Assembly: GCA_041494685.1 (NCBI GenBank)
Contig: JBGQBE010000038.1
Location: 1 to 33,044 of the forward strand
Direction of reading: 5' to 3'
DNA from: Dehalococcoidia bacterium
GTDB lineage: Bacteria > Chloroflexota > Dehalococcoidia > DSTF01 > JACRBR01
DNA length: 33,044 nt
Part shown: positions 15,963-25,239 of the stretch, one piece after another
Numbering within the stretch: the first letter of the stretch is position 1
How the letters are laid out: each line of letters begins with the position of its first letter
The notes under the pieces: model-generated
Seen by the model: the letters and a program-made list of their open reading frames with translations, nothing else
Database searches by the model: none
Told to the model about the DNA's origin: nothing
Program-made: the position numbers and the translations under genes

Positions 15963-18900
15963 ATGGCTGCGAACCTGGCCTCCTATATCCCTCGCCTCGT
16001 GATCGAGTGGGACCGCGATGCCGTCGGCCGCCCGTACCGGCAGATCGACGGCACGCTGGTGTTCATGGACATCAGCGGTTTCACTGCCATGTCCGAGCGC
16101 CTCGCGAAGAAGGGGCTCGTCGGCGCTGAAGAGGTGACCGAGGTGATGAGCGCGACGTTCACGCGGCTGCTCGCGTGGGCGTACGAGCAGGGCGGGTCGC
16201 TGCTGAAGTTCGGCGGCGACGCGATGTTGCTGTTCTTCGCCGGCGCCGACCATCCGGCGCGCGCCTGCCGCGCCGCGGTTGAGATGCGGCAGGAACTGCG
16301 CCGGTCAGGCCGCTTTCGCACGTCCGCGGGCGCGGTGTGGCTGCGCATGTCGGTGGGCGTGCACAGCGGCGAGGTGACGTTCTTTCTCGTCGGCGATTCG
16401 CACCGCAAACTGATCGTGGCCGGCCCGGCGGTGACGTGTACGGTCGAGATGGAGGCCGCCGCGCACGCCGGCGAGATCCTCGTGAGCGACGACACGGCCG
16501 CGCTGATCCCGGCCGCCGCGCTGGGCGACGCCTACGCCGGCGGCCGGCTGCTGCGCAAGGCGCCGCGCGTCGCCGGCGATACGGCCGACGCCACGACAGC
16601 GCAACGGTTCGACGGCGCCGAACAGTACGTATCGATCGCCGTGCGCGACCACCTGCGCGCGGGCGGCGAGGAGAGCGAGCACCGCGCGGTCACGGTGAGC
16701 TTCGTGCACTTCGAGGGCGTGGACGCAATGCTCGCGCGCGAGGGCGCGGCCGGTACGGCGGCGCACATCGCCGCGCTGGTGCGGACGGCGCAGGCCGCGG
16801 CGGCAGAGCACGAGGTCTGTTTCCTGGCGACGGACATCGACCGCGACGGCGGCAAGATCATCATGACGGCGGGCGCGCCCACGAGCGGTGGCAACGACGA
16901 GGAGCGCATCCTGCGCGCGCTGCGCGGGATCGCTGACGCGGGGCTGGCGCTGGAGTTGCGGATCGGCGTGCACCGCGGCCACGTGTTCGTGGGCGACGTG
17001 GGGCCGGTCTACCGGCGTACGTACACGGTCATGGGCGACGCGGTGAACCTGGCGGCGCGGCTGATGGCGAAGGCGGAGCGCGGACAGATCATCGCGACGC
17101 CGGACGTGCTGGCGCGGTCGCCGACGAAGTTCCGGGTACGGCCGCTGGAGCCGTTCACCGTGAAGGGCAAGGCGGCGCCGATCACAGCGTTCAGCGTGGG
17201 ACAGATGCGCGCCGAACGCGGCGGCGGTGATTCGATCAGCGTGCCGTTCATCGGCCGCGAGCGCGAGATGCGGCTGCTGCGCGAGATGTTCGACGCGCTG
17301 CCCGAGCGCGGCGCGAGCGTGGTGGAGCTGTTGGGGCCGGCCGGCATCGGCAAGTCGCGGCTGCTGCGTGAGCTGCGCGGGCCGGCGGGCGACGCCGCCT
17401 GGTTCGAGGCGGCGGCCGAGCCCTATGAGGCCACGTCGCCGTACTTCATCTTCCGCCGCCTGCTGCGCACCATGCTGGGGCTGCACCCGCGGCGCCAGAC
17501 GCCCGATGACGCCGCCGCGGTGCAGGCGCAGGTCGAGCGGCTGGCGCCGGATCTGCTGCCGTGGCTGCCGCTCATCGGCATGGTGCTCGACCTGCCGTTC
17601 GAGGAGACGCCCGGGAGTGCGCAGCTGGAGCATCGCTTCCGGCGCGCCCGCCTGCACGAGGCGACGGTGCAACTGATGACGCGGTTGTTACCGGGTCGCA
17701 GCGTGCTGGTGCTCGACGACGCGGACTGGCTCGACGAGGCGTCGCGCGAACTGTTGCGCTACGCCGTCTCGCGCGTTGCCGCGCAGCCGTGGCTGATCTG
17801 CGTGATGCGGCGCGCGGCCGACGGCGGATCGTTCGCGGAGCTGTGCGCCAACGGCGTCACGCTGGAGCTCGAGCCGCTGTCGGACGACGCGGCGCTGGCG
17901 CTGTCAGCAGCCGTGGCGGACGACGTGGCGCTGCCACCGCACGAGCTGCGCGCGCTCGCTGAGCGCGCCGGCGGCAACCCGCTCTTCCTGCGCGAGATCA
18001 TCGCCAGCCGCATCGCCCAGCCGGGCGCGGAGGGGCTGCCGGACAGCATCGAAGGGCTGCTCACCGCGCGCATCGACAAGCTGACGCAGGACGACCGGCG
18101 CGTGCTGCGCTATGCATCGGTGCTGGGGCTGTCGTTCCGGCCGGAGACGCTGGCGGGAAGCTGCGGCGATCTGCTGCCCGACTGGCGAGAGGCGGACTGG
18201 TCGCGCCTGGACGAGTTCGTCGTCGCGGACATGCCCGGCAGCCTGCGCTTTCGCCACGCGCTGTTACGGCAGGTGGCGTACGAGGGGCTGCCGTTCCGCC
18301 GCCGTCGGGACCTGCACGGCCGCATCGGCGCGTACCTGGAGCGGCGCGACGGCGACGCGGCCGACCAGAACGCGGAGATCCTTTCGCTGCACTCCTGGCT
18401 CGCGCAGGACTGGCGGCGTGCCTACCGCTACTCGCGCGTGGCGGGCGAGCGTTCGAAGTCGCGCTTCGCGAACGTTGAAGCGGCAGAGTTCTTCGCGCGG
18501 GCGATCGGCGCGGCGCACGACATGGGCGGCGTGCCGGCGGAGGATCTGGCGGCGCTGCACGAAGCGCGCGGCGACGTCTGCGAGCTGGCGGCGCTCTACG
18601 GCGACGCGGCGGCCGAGTACGCGGCCGCCAGGCGCACGTCCGGCGACGACGGCGCCGGCCTGCTGCGGAAAGAGGGGGTGATCCGCGAGCGCATGGGCCG
18701 CTACTCGCAGGCGCTCCGCTGGTACGGGCGCGCGCTGCGCGACCCGGCGTGCGCCGTGCGCGACCGCATCGCGTTGAGCCTGGCGTACGCGGGCGTGAAG
18801 TTCCGCCAGGGGCGCTACGTCGACTGCACGACCTGGGCGTATCGCGCGTTGGAGGACGCCGAGGCGACGGGCGACCGCGCAGGCCTTGCGCACGCGTACT

Positions 18901-19769
18901 ACCTGCTTGATCACGGCTACACGATGCTGGGCGACACGGAAAGCTCGCGCTTCCGTGCGCTGGCGCTGCCGATCTTCGAGGAGCTGGGCGACCTGGTCGG
19001 GCAGGCGAACGTGCTGAACAACCTGGGCGTGGCGTCGACGATGGAGGGGCGCTGGGACGAAGCGATCGCCTGCTTCAAGCGCAGCCGCGCCGCGCGCGAG
19101 AAAGCCGGCGACGTGGTGGGCGCGGCGACGGCGTCGAACAACATCGGCGAGGTGCTATCGGACCGCGGGCAGATCGCGGAGGCGGAGATGCTGTTCGCCG
19201 AGGCGCTGCGCGTCTGGCGCGGCGCGCGCTATCCCGTCGGCGTCTACGTGGCGACGAGCAACCTGGGGCGCGCGGCCGCGCGCGCGGGCCATGCCGTCGA
19301 GGCCGCGGCGCTGCTCGGCGGGGCGCTGGCGGGCTTCCGCGAGATCGGCGCGGAGAGCTTCGTCATCGAGACGCAGGCGCGGCTGGCGGAGCAGCGCATC
19401 TTCGCGGGGGAGTACGCGGCCGCCCGCGCACTGATCGAGGAGACGCTGCCGCGGAGCGAGCGCGCGGGCGGCATGATCGCGACGAAGGCGATGCTGCACC
19501 GGCTGCTGGGCGACGCGCGGGCGCACGCGGGCGAGACCGAAGCCGCGCGCGAGAGCTACGAGGCCAGCCTGCGCCTGGCGCGCGCCGCCGGGGCGGAGTA
19601 CGAGATCGCGCTGACGCTGCACTCGTACGCGCGCCTGGGCGCCACGCCCGGCGTGGACGTCTCCGCCCTGTTGCGGGAGAGCGGTGAGATCCAGGCGCGG
19701 CTGGGCATCGTGGCGCTGCCCGTACCGACGCCGGTGGTGGGCGCGTCCTACGCCGCGCGCCGCCGGTAG
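15963..19769 (+). CDS. Tandem class III nucleotidyl cyclase + STAND/AAA NTPase + TPR protein (sAC-like architecture)
   Basis: DISGFT, KFGGDA, GDAVNLAARL; Walker A GPAGIGKS, Walker B VLDD; GGNPLF; TPR-like LNNLG repeats; TACAAT 5 nt before ATG. Confidence 0.93.
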   Translation: MAANLASYIPRLVIEWDRDAVGRPYRQIDGTLVFMDISGFTAMSERLAKKGLVGAEEVTEVMSATFTRLLAWAYEQGGSLLKFGGDAMLLFFAGADHPARACRAAVEMRQELRRSGRFRTSAGAVWLRMSVGVHSGEVTFFLVGDSHRKLIVAGPAVTCTVEMEAAAHAGEILVSDDTAALIPAAALGDAYAGGRLLRKAPRVAGDTADATTAQRFDGAEQYVSIAVRDHLRAGGEESEHRAVTVSFVHFEGVDAMLAREGAAGTAAHIAALVRTAQAAAAEHEVCFLATDIDRDGGKIIMTAGAPTSGGNDEERILRALRGIADAGLALELRIGVHRGHVFVGDVGPVYRRTYTVMGDAVNLAARLMAKAERGQIIATPDVLARSPTKFRVRPLEPFTVKGKAAPITAFSVGQMRAERGGGDSISVPFIGREREMRLLREMFDALPERGASVVELLGPAGIGKSRLLRELRGPAGDAAWFEAAAEPYEATSPYFIFRRLLRTMLGLHPRRQTPDDAAAVQAQVERLAPDLLPWLPLIGMVLDLPFEETPGSAQLEHRFRRARLHEATVQLMTRLLPGRSVLVLDDADWLDEASRELLRYAVSRVAAQPWLICVMRRAADGGSFAELCANGVTLELEPLSDDAALALSAAVADDVALPPHELRALAERAGGNPLFLREIIASRIAQPGAEGLPDSIEGLLTARIDKLTQDDRRVLRYASVLGLSFRPETLAGSCGDLLPDWREADWSRLDEFVVADMPGSLRFRHALLRQVAYEGLPFRRRRDLHGRIGAYLERRDGDAADQNAEILSLHSWLAQDWRRAYRYSRVAGERSKSRFANVEAAEFFARAIGAAHDMGGVPAEDLAALHEARGDVCELAALYGDAAAEYAAARRTSGDDGAGLLRKEGVIRERMGRYSQALRWYGRALRDPACAVRDRIALSLAYAGVKFRQGRYVDCTTWAYRALEDAEATGDRAGLAHAYYLLDHGYTMLGDTESSRFRALALPIFEELGDLVGQANVLNNLGVASTMEGRWDEAIACFKRSRAAREKAGDVVGAATASNNIGEVLSDRGQIAEAEMLFAEALRVWRGARYPVGVYVATSNLGRAAARAGHAVEAAALLGGALAGFREIGAESFVIETQARLAEQRIFAGEYAAARALIEETLPRSERAGGMIATKAMLHRLLGDARAHAGETEAARESYEASLRLARAAGAEYEIALTLHSYARLGATPGVDVSALLRESGEIQARLGIVALPVPTPVVGASYAARRR

Positions 19770-20641
19770 GCGTACCAGCCCGCGCACCCCGCGAGCGCGC
19801 CGGCGGCCACGGCCGCGATGCCGTAACCGAGCCACGGCTTCGCCCCGCCGGCGGTCGGCGCGGCGGCCGTGGCGGACGCCGGTTCGGGCAGGACAGGCGC
19901 CTCCGCGCTGCCGCCGACCGACGGCACGACCAGCGTGAGAACCGTCCGCGCGTTGTTTCGCGGCGTCGAGAAGTCCGTGGCGAGGTTGGCCATGGGTACG
20001 CTGAAGGTCGTGGGGGAAACGTTCGCCAGCGCGTACTCGGCCGAGTTGTTGGTGGGCGCCATGTTCAGGTTGGACAGCCGCAGCGCCTGCACCGTGCCGG
20101 GGTTCGGGAGCGCCACCGCCGCCGTGCCGTAGATCGCTGTCGCCCCGCCGTAGGCGGCGGCATCGACGGGGGCCATGACGGTGACGCAGGCGGCGCTGGG
20201 GCCCGCCCAGACCATCTGGCCGCCCGGGACCTGTACAGGGTGCAGCGCGTCGCCGCCGTTCGCGGCCGTCGTGTTGGCGCCGCTGAAGATGAAGTCGGCG
20301 TTGCCGCCCGTGAAGGTGCTGGCGAACTCTGAGGTGGCGATCAGGATCGAGTCGCCGACGGCGCCGTTGGCGACGCCCGCCGGGAACGTGAACGTCGCCT
20401 TCAGCACGCCACCCGCGTCGAAGAACTGGATCGTGTGCCCGGTCAGCAGCGTCTGGAAGCCCACGTCCATCCTGAGTTCGACGAACTGGACCTTGTTGTT
20501 GCCGTTCACGCCGCCGGCCACCGCGTGGATCCGGATGCAATGGAACGCCGCGTCTGCCACGCCCGCCTGCGTAAGCATGGCGACGGCGGCGAGCGGTACC
20601 GACAGGACGAAGGCCAGGATCAGCGAAGCCAGTGAGCGCAT
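19748..20641 (-). CDS. Secreted protein with C-terminal SVGGxAExP-TM-basic anchor
   Basis: Signal peptide ending ADA; QFVELR beta-rich domain; C-terminus SVGGSAEAP...hydrophobic helix...WYAYRRR; AGGAG SD. Confidence 0.85.
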   Translation of the reverse strand: MRSLASLILAFVLSVPLAAVAMLTQAGVADAAFHCIRIHAVAGGVNGNNKVQFVELRMDVGFQTLLTGHTIQFFDAGGVLKATFTFPAGVANGAVGDSILIATSEFASTFTGGNADFIFSGANTTAANGGDALHPVQVPGGQMVWAGPSAACVTVMAPVDAAAYGGATAIYGTAAVALPNPGTVQALRLSNLNMAPTNNSAEYALANVSPTTFSVPMANLATDFSTPRNNARTVLTLVVPSVGGSAEAPVLPEPASATAAAPTAGGAKPWLGYGIAAVAAGALAGCAGWYAYRRRAA

Positions 20642-20888
20642 AACCAGTTCTCCTACATCGCGGGGCACGACGGTGGACCGGCTCACCGCGCCGGGATCGG
20701 GTGTCACAGCTGGTACGACGGCCCGCCGCCCGCGGACTCATACGCTGGGCAGAATTATGAGGGCGAAGTCCGCCGCTGCCGGCCGGCGGACTGCTCGCGT
20801 TCGCGGCGGCGGGCACCTGGCCGACGCGGGCCGGACGGCACGTGCGCCACAGGGCCTCCCGCCATAGGATGTGGCGGGAGGCCGCCAG

Positions 20889-22403
20889 ATGAAATACGAC
20901 GTGATTGTCCTCGGCGCGGGCGCGACGGGCGCCGCGACCGCCGCCCGTCTCTCGGAAGACCCGAACCGCTCCGTCCTGCTGATCGAGGCGGGGCCGTACT
21001 ACCGCACGATGGACGAGACGCCCGAGGGGCTGCTCAACGGCAACGACAACTCCTACTCGCCGCACAACTGGGACTTCATGGCGGAGGCGAACACGTCGGG
21101 CCGGCTGGCGCCGATGCCGAGCGGGCGGGTCGTCGGCGGGTCGTCGGCGGTGAACACGGCGATCGCGCTGCGCGGCACGCCGGAGGACTACGACGAGTGG
21201 GCGTCGTTCGGCAACGACGAGTGGTCGTGGGCGAAGGTGCTGCCGTACTTCCGGCGGCTGGAGAACGACCAGGACTTCGACGACGACTACCACGGCCGCG
21301 GCGGCCCGATCCCCGTGCGGCGCTATCGCGAGGACGAACTGGCGCCGGTGCAGCTCGCGTTCATGCGGGCGATGCGGGCAATGGGCTACCCGGAGACGAA
21401 GGACAACAACGACCCGGACTCGTCGGGCTTCGCGCCGCATCCGATGAACAAGCAGGGGCGGACGCGGATGAGCGTCGCGATCTGCTACCTGCAGCCGGCG
21501 CGCCACCGCCTCAACCTGACGATCCGCGGCGACTGCTTGATCCGCCGCATCATCACTGATGGCACGCGCGCCACGGGCGTGGAGGTGGTGTCCGGCAAGA
21601 GCGTGCAGATCGTCGAGGGTGAACGCGTCGTGCTGTCGTCGGGCGCGATCGGATCGCCGGCCGTGCTGATGCGGTCGGGCATCGGGCCGGCGGCGCACCT
21701 CCGCGAGCTGGGCATCGACGTGGTGGCGGACCTGCCGGGCGTGGGCGCGAACCTCGACGACCACCCGATGCTCGGCGTCGTCTTCCAGGCGAAGGAAGGC
21801 ACGCTGCGCGGCGACGACCCGGTCGTCCAGACGACGTACCGCTACACCTCGACCGGCGGCACGGAGCGCAACGACATGCAGCTGATGCCGGTGTCGCAGA
21901 TCGCCACGCGCAGCGGGCAGCTCGTGTTCGCGCTGGGGCCGGTGGTCTACCGGCAGAAGTCGATCGGACAGCTCACGCTGACGTCCGCGGACCCGCACGC
22001 GTCGCCGCGCATCGAGAACCGGTTCTGCGAGGATCCGGAGGACGTGCGGCGGCTTGTCGAGGGCATACGCATGGCGCTGGAGGTGGGTTCGCACGACGAG
22101 TTCGCGCACCTGGCCGACGGGCTGCGTGCGCCGTCCGCGGCGGTGATCGAGGACGACGAGGCGCTGGCGCACTGGTGCAAGATGGTGGCGTCGAGCGGCT
22201 TCCACCCGAGCTGCACGGCGAAGATGGCGCCGGCCAGCGACCCGACGGGCGTCGTGGACCAGCACCTGCGGCTACGCGGCTTCGACAACCTCTTCGTGGC
22301 CGACGCATCGGTCATGCCGAAGTGCCCGCGCGCCAACCTGCACCTGACGTCGGTGATGATCGGCGAGCGCATGGGCGAGTGGCTGCGCGAAGGCGTCGTC
22401 TGA
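20889..22403 (+). CDS. GMC family oxidoreductase (choline dehydrogenase-like)
   Basis: GAGATG, LIEAG, GRVVGGSSAVN, GSPAVLMRSGIG, FHPSCT and VADASVMP motifs. Confidence 0.93.
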   Translation: MKYDVIVLGAGATGAATAARLSEDPNRSVLLIEAGPYYRTMDETPEGLLNGNDNSYSPHNWDFMAEANTSGRLAPMPSGRVVGGSSAVNTAIALRGTPEDYDEWASFGNDEWSWAKVLPYFRRLENDQDFDDDYHGRGGPIPVRRYREDELAPVQLAFMRAMRAMGYPETKDNNDPDSSGFAPHPMNKQGRTRMSVAICYLQPARHRLNLTIRGDCLIRRIITDGTRATGVEVVSGKSVQIVEGERVVLSSGAIGSPAVLMRSGIGPAAHLRELGIDVVADLPGVGANLDDHPMLGVVFQAKEGTLRGDDPVVQTTYRYTSTGGTERNDMQLMPVSQIATRSGQLVFALGPVVYRQKSIGQLTLTSADPHASPRIENRFCEDPEDVRRLVEGIRMALEVGSHDEFAHLADGLRAPSAAVIEDDEALAHWCKMVASSGFHPSCTAKMAPASDPTGVVDQHLRLRGFDNLFVADASVMPKCPRANLHLTSVMIGERMGEWLREGVV

Positions 22404-22545
22404 GCTCCCGTCCGCGGAGCGAGAACGAGACGCGCGATGAAGCCGGCCCACACCAGCTCGCTCGGCGCGTTCAGCGACGGGAGCCGGCCAGCTCGCGTGC
22501 GGGGAGCGGGGCGCATGCAGCGCCAGCGAGCGCTGGCTGGCGGCG

Positions 22546-22743
22546 TTACGCCGCCTGGGGGCGATGCCTGTGACCGGCCACCGCCTTGTGCGCCGGCCGG
22601 GGAATCGGGACGGCGATGTCGCGCCGGGCGCGCGCGCCGTGCTCCGCGAGATCGCCGCGGATGTACTGCCGCAGCAGTACGAAGGCAGAGATGATCGCTA
22701 CGTGCGTGATGGCGCCGAAGTAGAGGATGTCCGCGACGGTCAT
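22546..22743 (-). CDS. Small single-TM hypothetical protein
   Basis: GGAGGT SD, ATG, N-terminal hydrophobic helix. Confidence 0.55.
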   Translation of the reverse strand: MTVADILYFGAITHVAIISAFVLLRQYIRGDLAEHGARARRDIAVPIPRPAHKAVAGHRHRPQAA

Positions 22744-23052
22744 GGCCACCTCCCGGAAGGGCTGGCCCCGTTTCACTTGAGGCGGGCCGGATGTTGGGCA
22801 CCGGTCCACCGACGGCGGCTGTCTCGCGGCGCGGACCGCGGAACACGACCGTCAGGGTAAGAGTAGGACCGGCCTCCGCGGCATCCGACTGCCAAACGGC
22901 AGGATTCGGATCGACATTCGGCAGGGAGTTCTCAGCCGACGACGACCGTCGATCAGCAGCCGACGTGCGGCGTGCCACGCCACCTGTACCGCCTGTTTGA
23001 TCAGAACGCATAAAAGCGCCAAGGCGCGCGAAAGATTCACGTACGCAAGGGC

Positions 23053-23080
23053 TTGACAGACCGGGCGGTAGGTGTATGCT
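23053..23080 (+). promoter_or_regulatory. Sigma70-type promoter for the surface-protein cluster
   Basis: TTGACA-N16-TATGCT. Confidence 0.6.
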
Positions 23081-23182
23081 CATGACGCTCGACAATCCCG
23101 CCGATGCAGATATCACATGATGTCAGTATACGATGGCTCGAATCCACCGAGGCGGTCGCTGGCCAAGGAGGGGGAGCACCCG

Positions 23183-24112
23183 ATGACAACACGAAGAATT
23201 GCGCTAGGTATATCGGCGCTCGCGATCATTGTCGCATTCGGCGTAGTGGTCTTCGCCGCGCCAACACAGGCATCGGCGGAGAACGATTACGACTCTCAGC
23301 ATTGCTTCGCCGCTGACCTCAACGGCGATGGTGTGATCGACGTCGTCGATATGCAACGAATAGCCTCGTACTTCAGCGTCAGCATCGGCAACCCAAGGTA
23401 CGATGTCCGCCTCGATTTCAGACCCTGGCTCGCGCCGGACGGCGAGATCGACATCGACGAGGTTCAGTTCGTGTTTGGGCGCTTCGGCTTGAGGTGCTCC
23501 ACATACACACCGGCTAAGGAATATTGGATGTGGTTGGGCGGGTTGTATTCCTATGGCGCAGGTTGCGCGAACGGGGACGAGATCGATCCCGTCACGACCG
23601 TCTTTCGCTACGCTTCGAACGCCGCGCAGATTCACAATGTCCTCAGCGACATCGGATTACTCGTCGACGTAGGTTCTGAGCAGAACTTCCGCGACAATGG
23701 CGGCTGCGCCACAGGTGAGATCAGCGTCGCCGATGATGACGGCTGGACGCCTTGTTTTCCGCAAGTCGTGTGCGCTTCCAGCCGCTGGCACGTTCGCGCC
23801 AACGTTGTGAGCACTGCTGACCCGGCTGGCGGCTTCTGGGCAGCTGCAACTCCTCACCGTGATACCGGAGATGGTAGTCCAGCCGATGGATGCACACACG
23901 TTGTGCTCCCCTACCAGCAAATCGACGGTTTCTCCGGCAGCGGGTTCGACGTCGCTAAGGATTGGGTATGGTGGCAGATGGTCCACGAGCGGGGCTTTTT
24001 CTTCGAGGGCGCGCAGTGGTGGGACAACCGGCTGCCGATGTTGCAGTGTAATGACACGCTGAGCGCCAGCAATGGGTGGGTGAATGTCATCTGGATCAAC
24101 CGGCCATTCTAA
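23183..24112 (+). CDS. Secreted protein: dockerin-like EF-hand pair plus Cys/His-rich domain (LssY-C-like)
   Basis: Signal peptide (ASA); DLNGDGVIDVVD and PDGEIDIDE loops; DPVTTVF...RWHVR...ATPHRD...TH; AAGGAGG SD. Confidence 0.8.
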   Translation: MTTRRIALGISALAIIVAFGVVVFAAPTQASAENDYDSQHCFAADLNGDGVIDVVDMQRIASYFSVSIGNPRYDVRLDFRPWLAPDGEIDIDEVQFVFGRFGLRCSTYTPAKEYWMWLGGLYSYGAGCANGDEIDPVTTVFRYASNAAQIHNVLSDIGLLVDVGSEQNFRDNGGCATGEISVADDDGWTPCFPQVVCASSRWHVRANVVSTADPAGGFWAAATPHRDTGDGSPADGCTHVVLPYQQIDGFSGSGFDVAKDWVWWQMVHERGFFFEGAQWWDNRLPMLQCNDTLSASNGWVNVIWINRPF

Positions 24113-24125
24113 AGGGAGATTGTCA

Positions 24126-24749
24126 ATGCGACGCAGAATGACGGTGCTGTGGCTGATTCCCATCGGGTTGCTCGGGCTTGCGGTCGGAATGGGCCTGGAA
24201 ATCCGCTCGAGGCGCGTGCATGCCCCGAGCGCCGAGGCAGACCGCGACTGTGTGCAGGTCGCGAGCGAATTCACTGCTTACCCTTTGGCCTTTCTTGGGC
24301 CTGAATTCCAGGGATTGCCGCTCACCGGCTGTCAGCGGGCCGTAACCCCGGAGAAGTACAACCTGGACGGCACGGTACGGGAGCCCGCGATGGACTTCTT
24401 CGTGTTTGCCTATGGGAGCTGTGTGCCTGCTGGTGATGAAGGTCGGTGTTCGCCGCCGGTCTCGGTGCTCGTCGATCCGCCGTGCGGCCCCACCCTCGGT
24501 GAACAGGCTGTGAAGGAGAAGGTCAGGATCCGCGGCGAGGACGTTCTCGTGAAGAGCGATGGCTCGCTGCGCATCGAGGGTCGCAACTTCAAGGCCACGA
24601 TCTACGGCCTTGCCGGAGACTACCAGGCGAGCAAGCAGAAGGCCGTTGAGGTCGTCCAGGCGCTGCACGGCGCGAACGCCCTGGCCGCTGGCCTCAAGCC
24701 GGACAGCAACCTTGACGTTGGCCTGGGCGGGAACACCGTATGTCGTTGA
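24126..24749 (+). CDS. Membrane-anchored/exported hypothetical protein
   Basis: Basic N-terminus plus hydrophobic helix, six Cys; GGGAG SD; 13 bp after the previous gene. Confidence 0.75.
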   Translation: MRRRMTVLWLIPIGLLGLAVGMGLEIRSRRVHAPSAEADRDCVQVASEFTAYPLAFLGPEFQGLPLTGCQRAVTPEKYNLDGTVREPAMDFFVFAYGSCVPAGDEGRCSPPVSVLVDPPCGPTLGEQAVKEKVRIRGEDVLVKSDGSLRIEGRNFKATIYGLAGDYQASKQKAVEVVQALHGANALAAGLKPDSNLDVGLGGNTVCR

Positions 24750-25114
24750 GGAGACAGGCGGCGGTCGCCGCCGCCGCCGGCGCCGTCACCTGGGCTGTCA
24801 CGGCGTTCGCGACGCTCGTGACGATCCTCGCGGTGTTCTTTGTGGTGCAGACCGGGCGGGGTGCTGCCGAGGGCGTGCGGACTCTCCTTGCGCTCCTTCT
24901 CCTCATCATCCCGCTCGCCGTTGGCTCAGCGGCGTTTGTTGCCTCTCTGGCATGGTTGTGCGGAAGGTGGGGAGCAAGCCCCAGGGCAAGCGTGCTGTTC
25001 GCCGCAGTCTGCTGTGGGGCATCCCTGTACGGTTTTGGGCAGATCGTCTCGGCGTTCAATAGCTGTGGCTTGAATATTTCGCTGCCCTACCCGTGGTTCG
25101 GGCCGTGCGACTGA
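24740..25114 (+). CDS. Small multi-TM membrane protein
   Basis: About three hydrophobic helices; overlaps the previous stop. Confidence 0.6.
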   Translation: MSLRRQAAVAAAAGAVTWAVTAFATLVTILAVFFVVQTGRGAAEGVRTLLALLLLIIPLAVGSAAFVASLAWLCGRWGASPRASVLFAAVCCGASLYGFGQIVSAFNSCGLNISLPYPWFGPCD

Positions 25115-25239
25115 AGCGGGGGGTTACTGGGACTGCGTAACGCTGGTACAGGATCCATTCTTCCCCGACAACATTGACTGTACAGTCCCAGATTGGTTTG
25201 ACCGTTCGTCATAGCTTGTGTGGTGCGAAAGGCGCGACC

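Noticed and set aside
19155..22265. 1036-aa minus-strand ORF
   Set aside because: Arg-rich, no motifs, overlaps three well-supported genes
22404..23050. tRNA or att site at the left edge of the lower-GC region
   Set aside because: No cloverleaf or T-loop consensus found by eye; only a 9-bp inverted repeat gctcccgtc/gacgggagc
25127..25191. 9-bp inverted repeat ctgggactg/cagtcccag
   Set aside because: Short arms, 47-nt spacer, no other support
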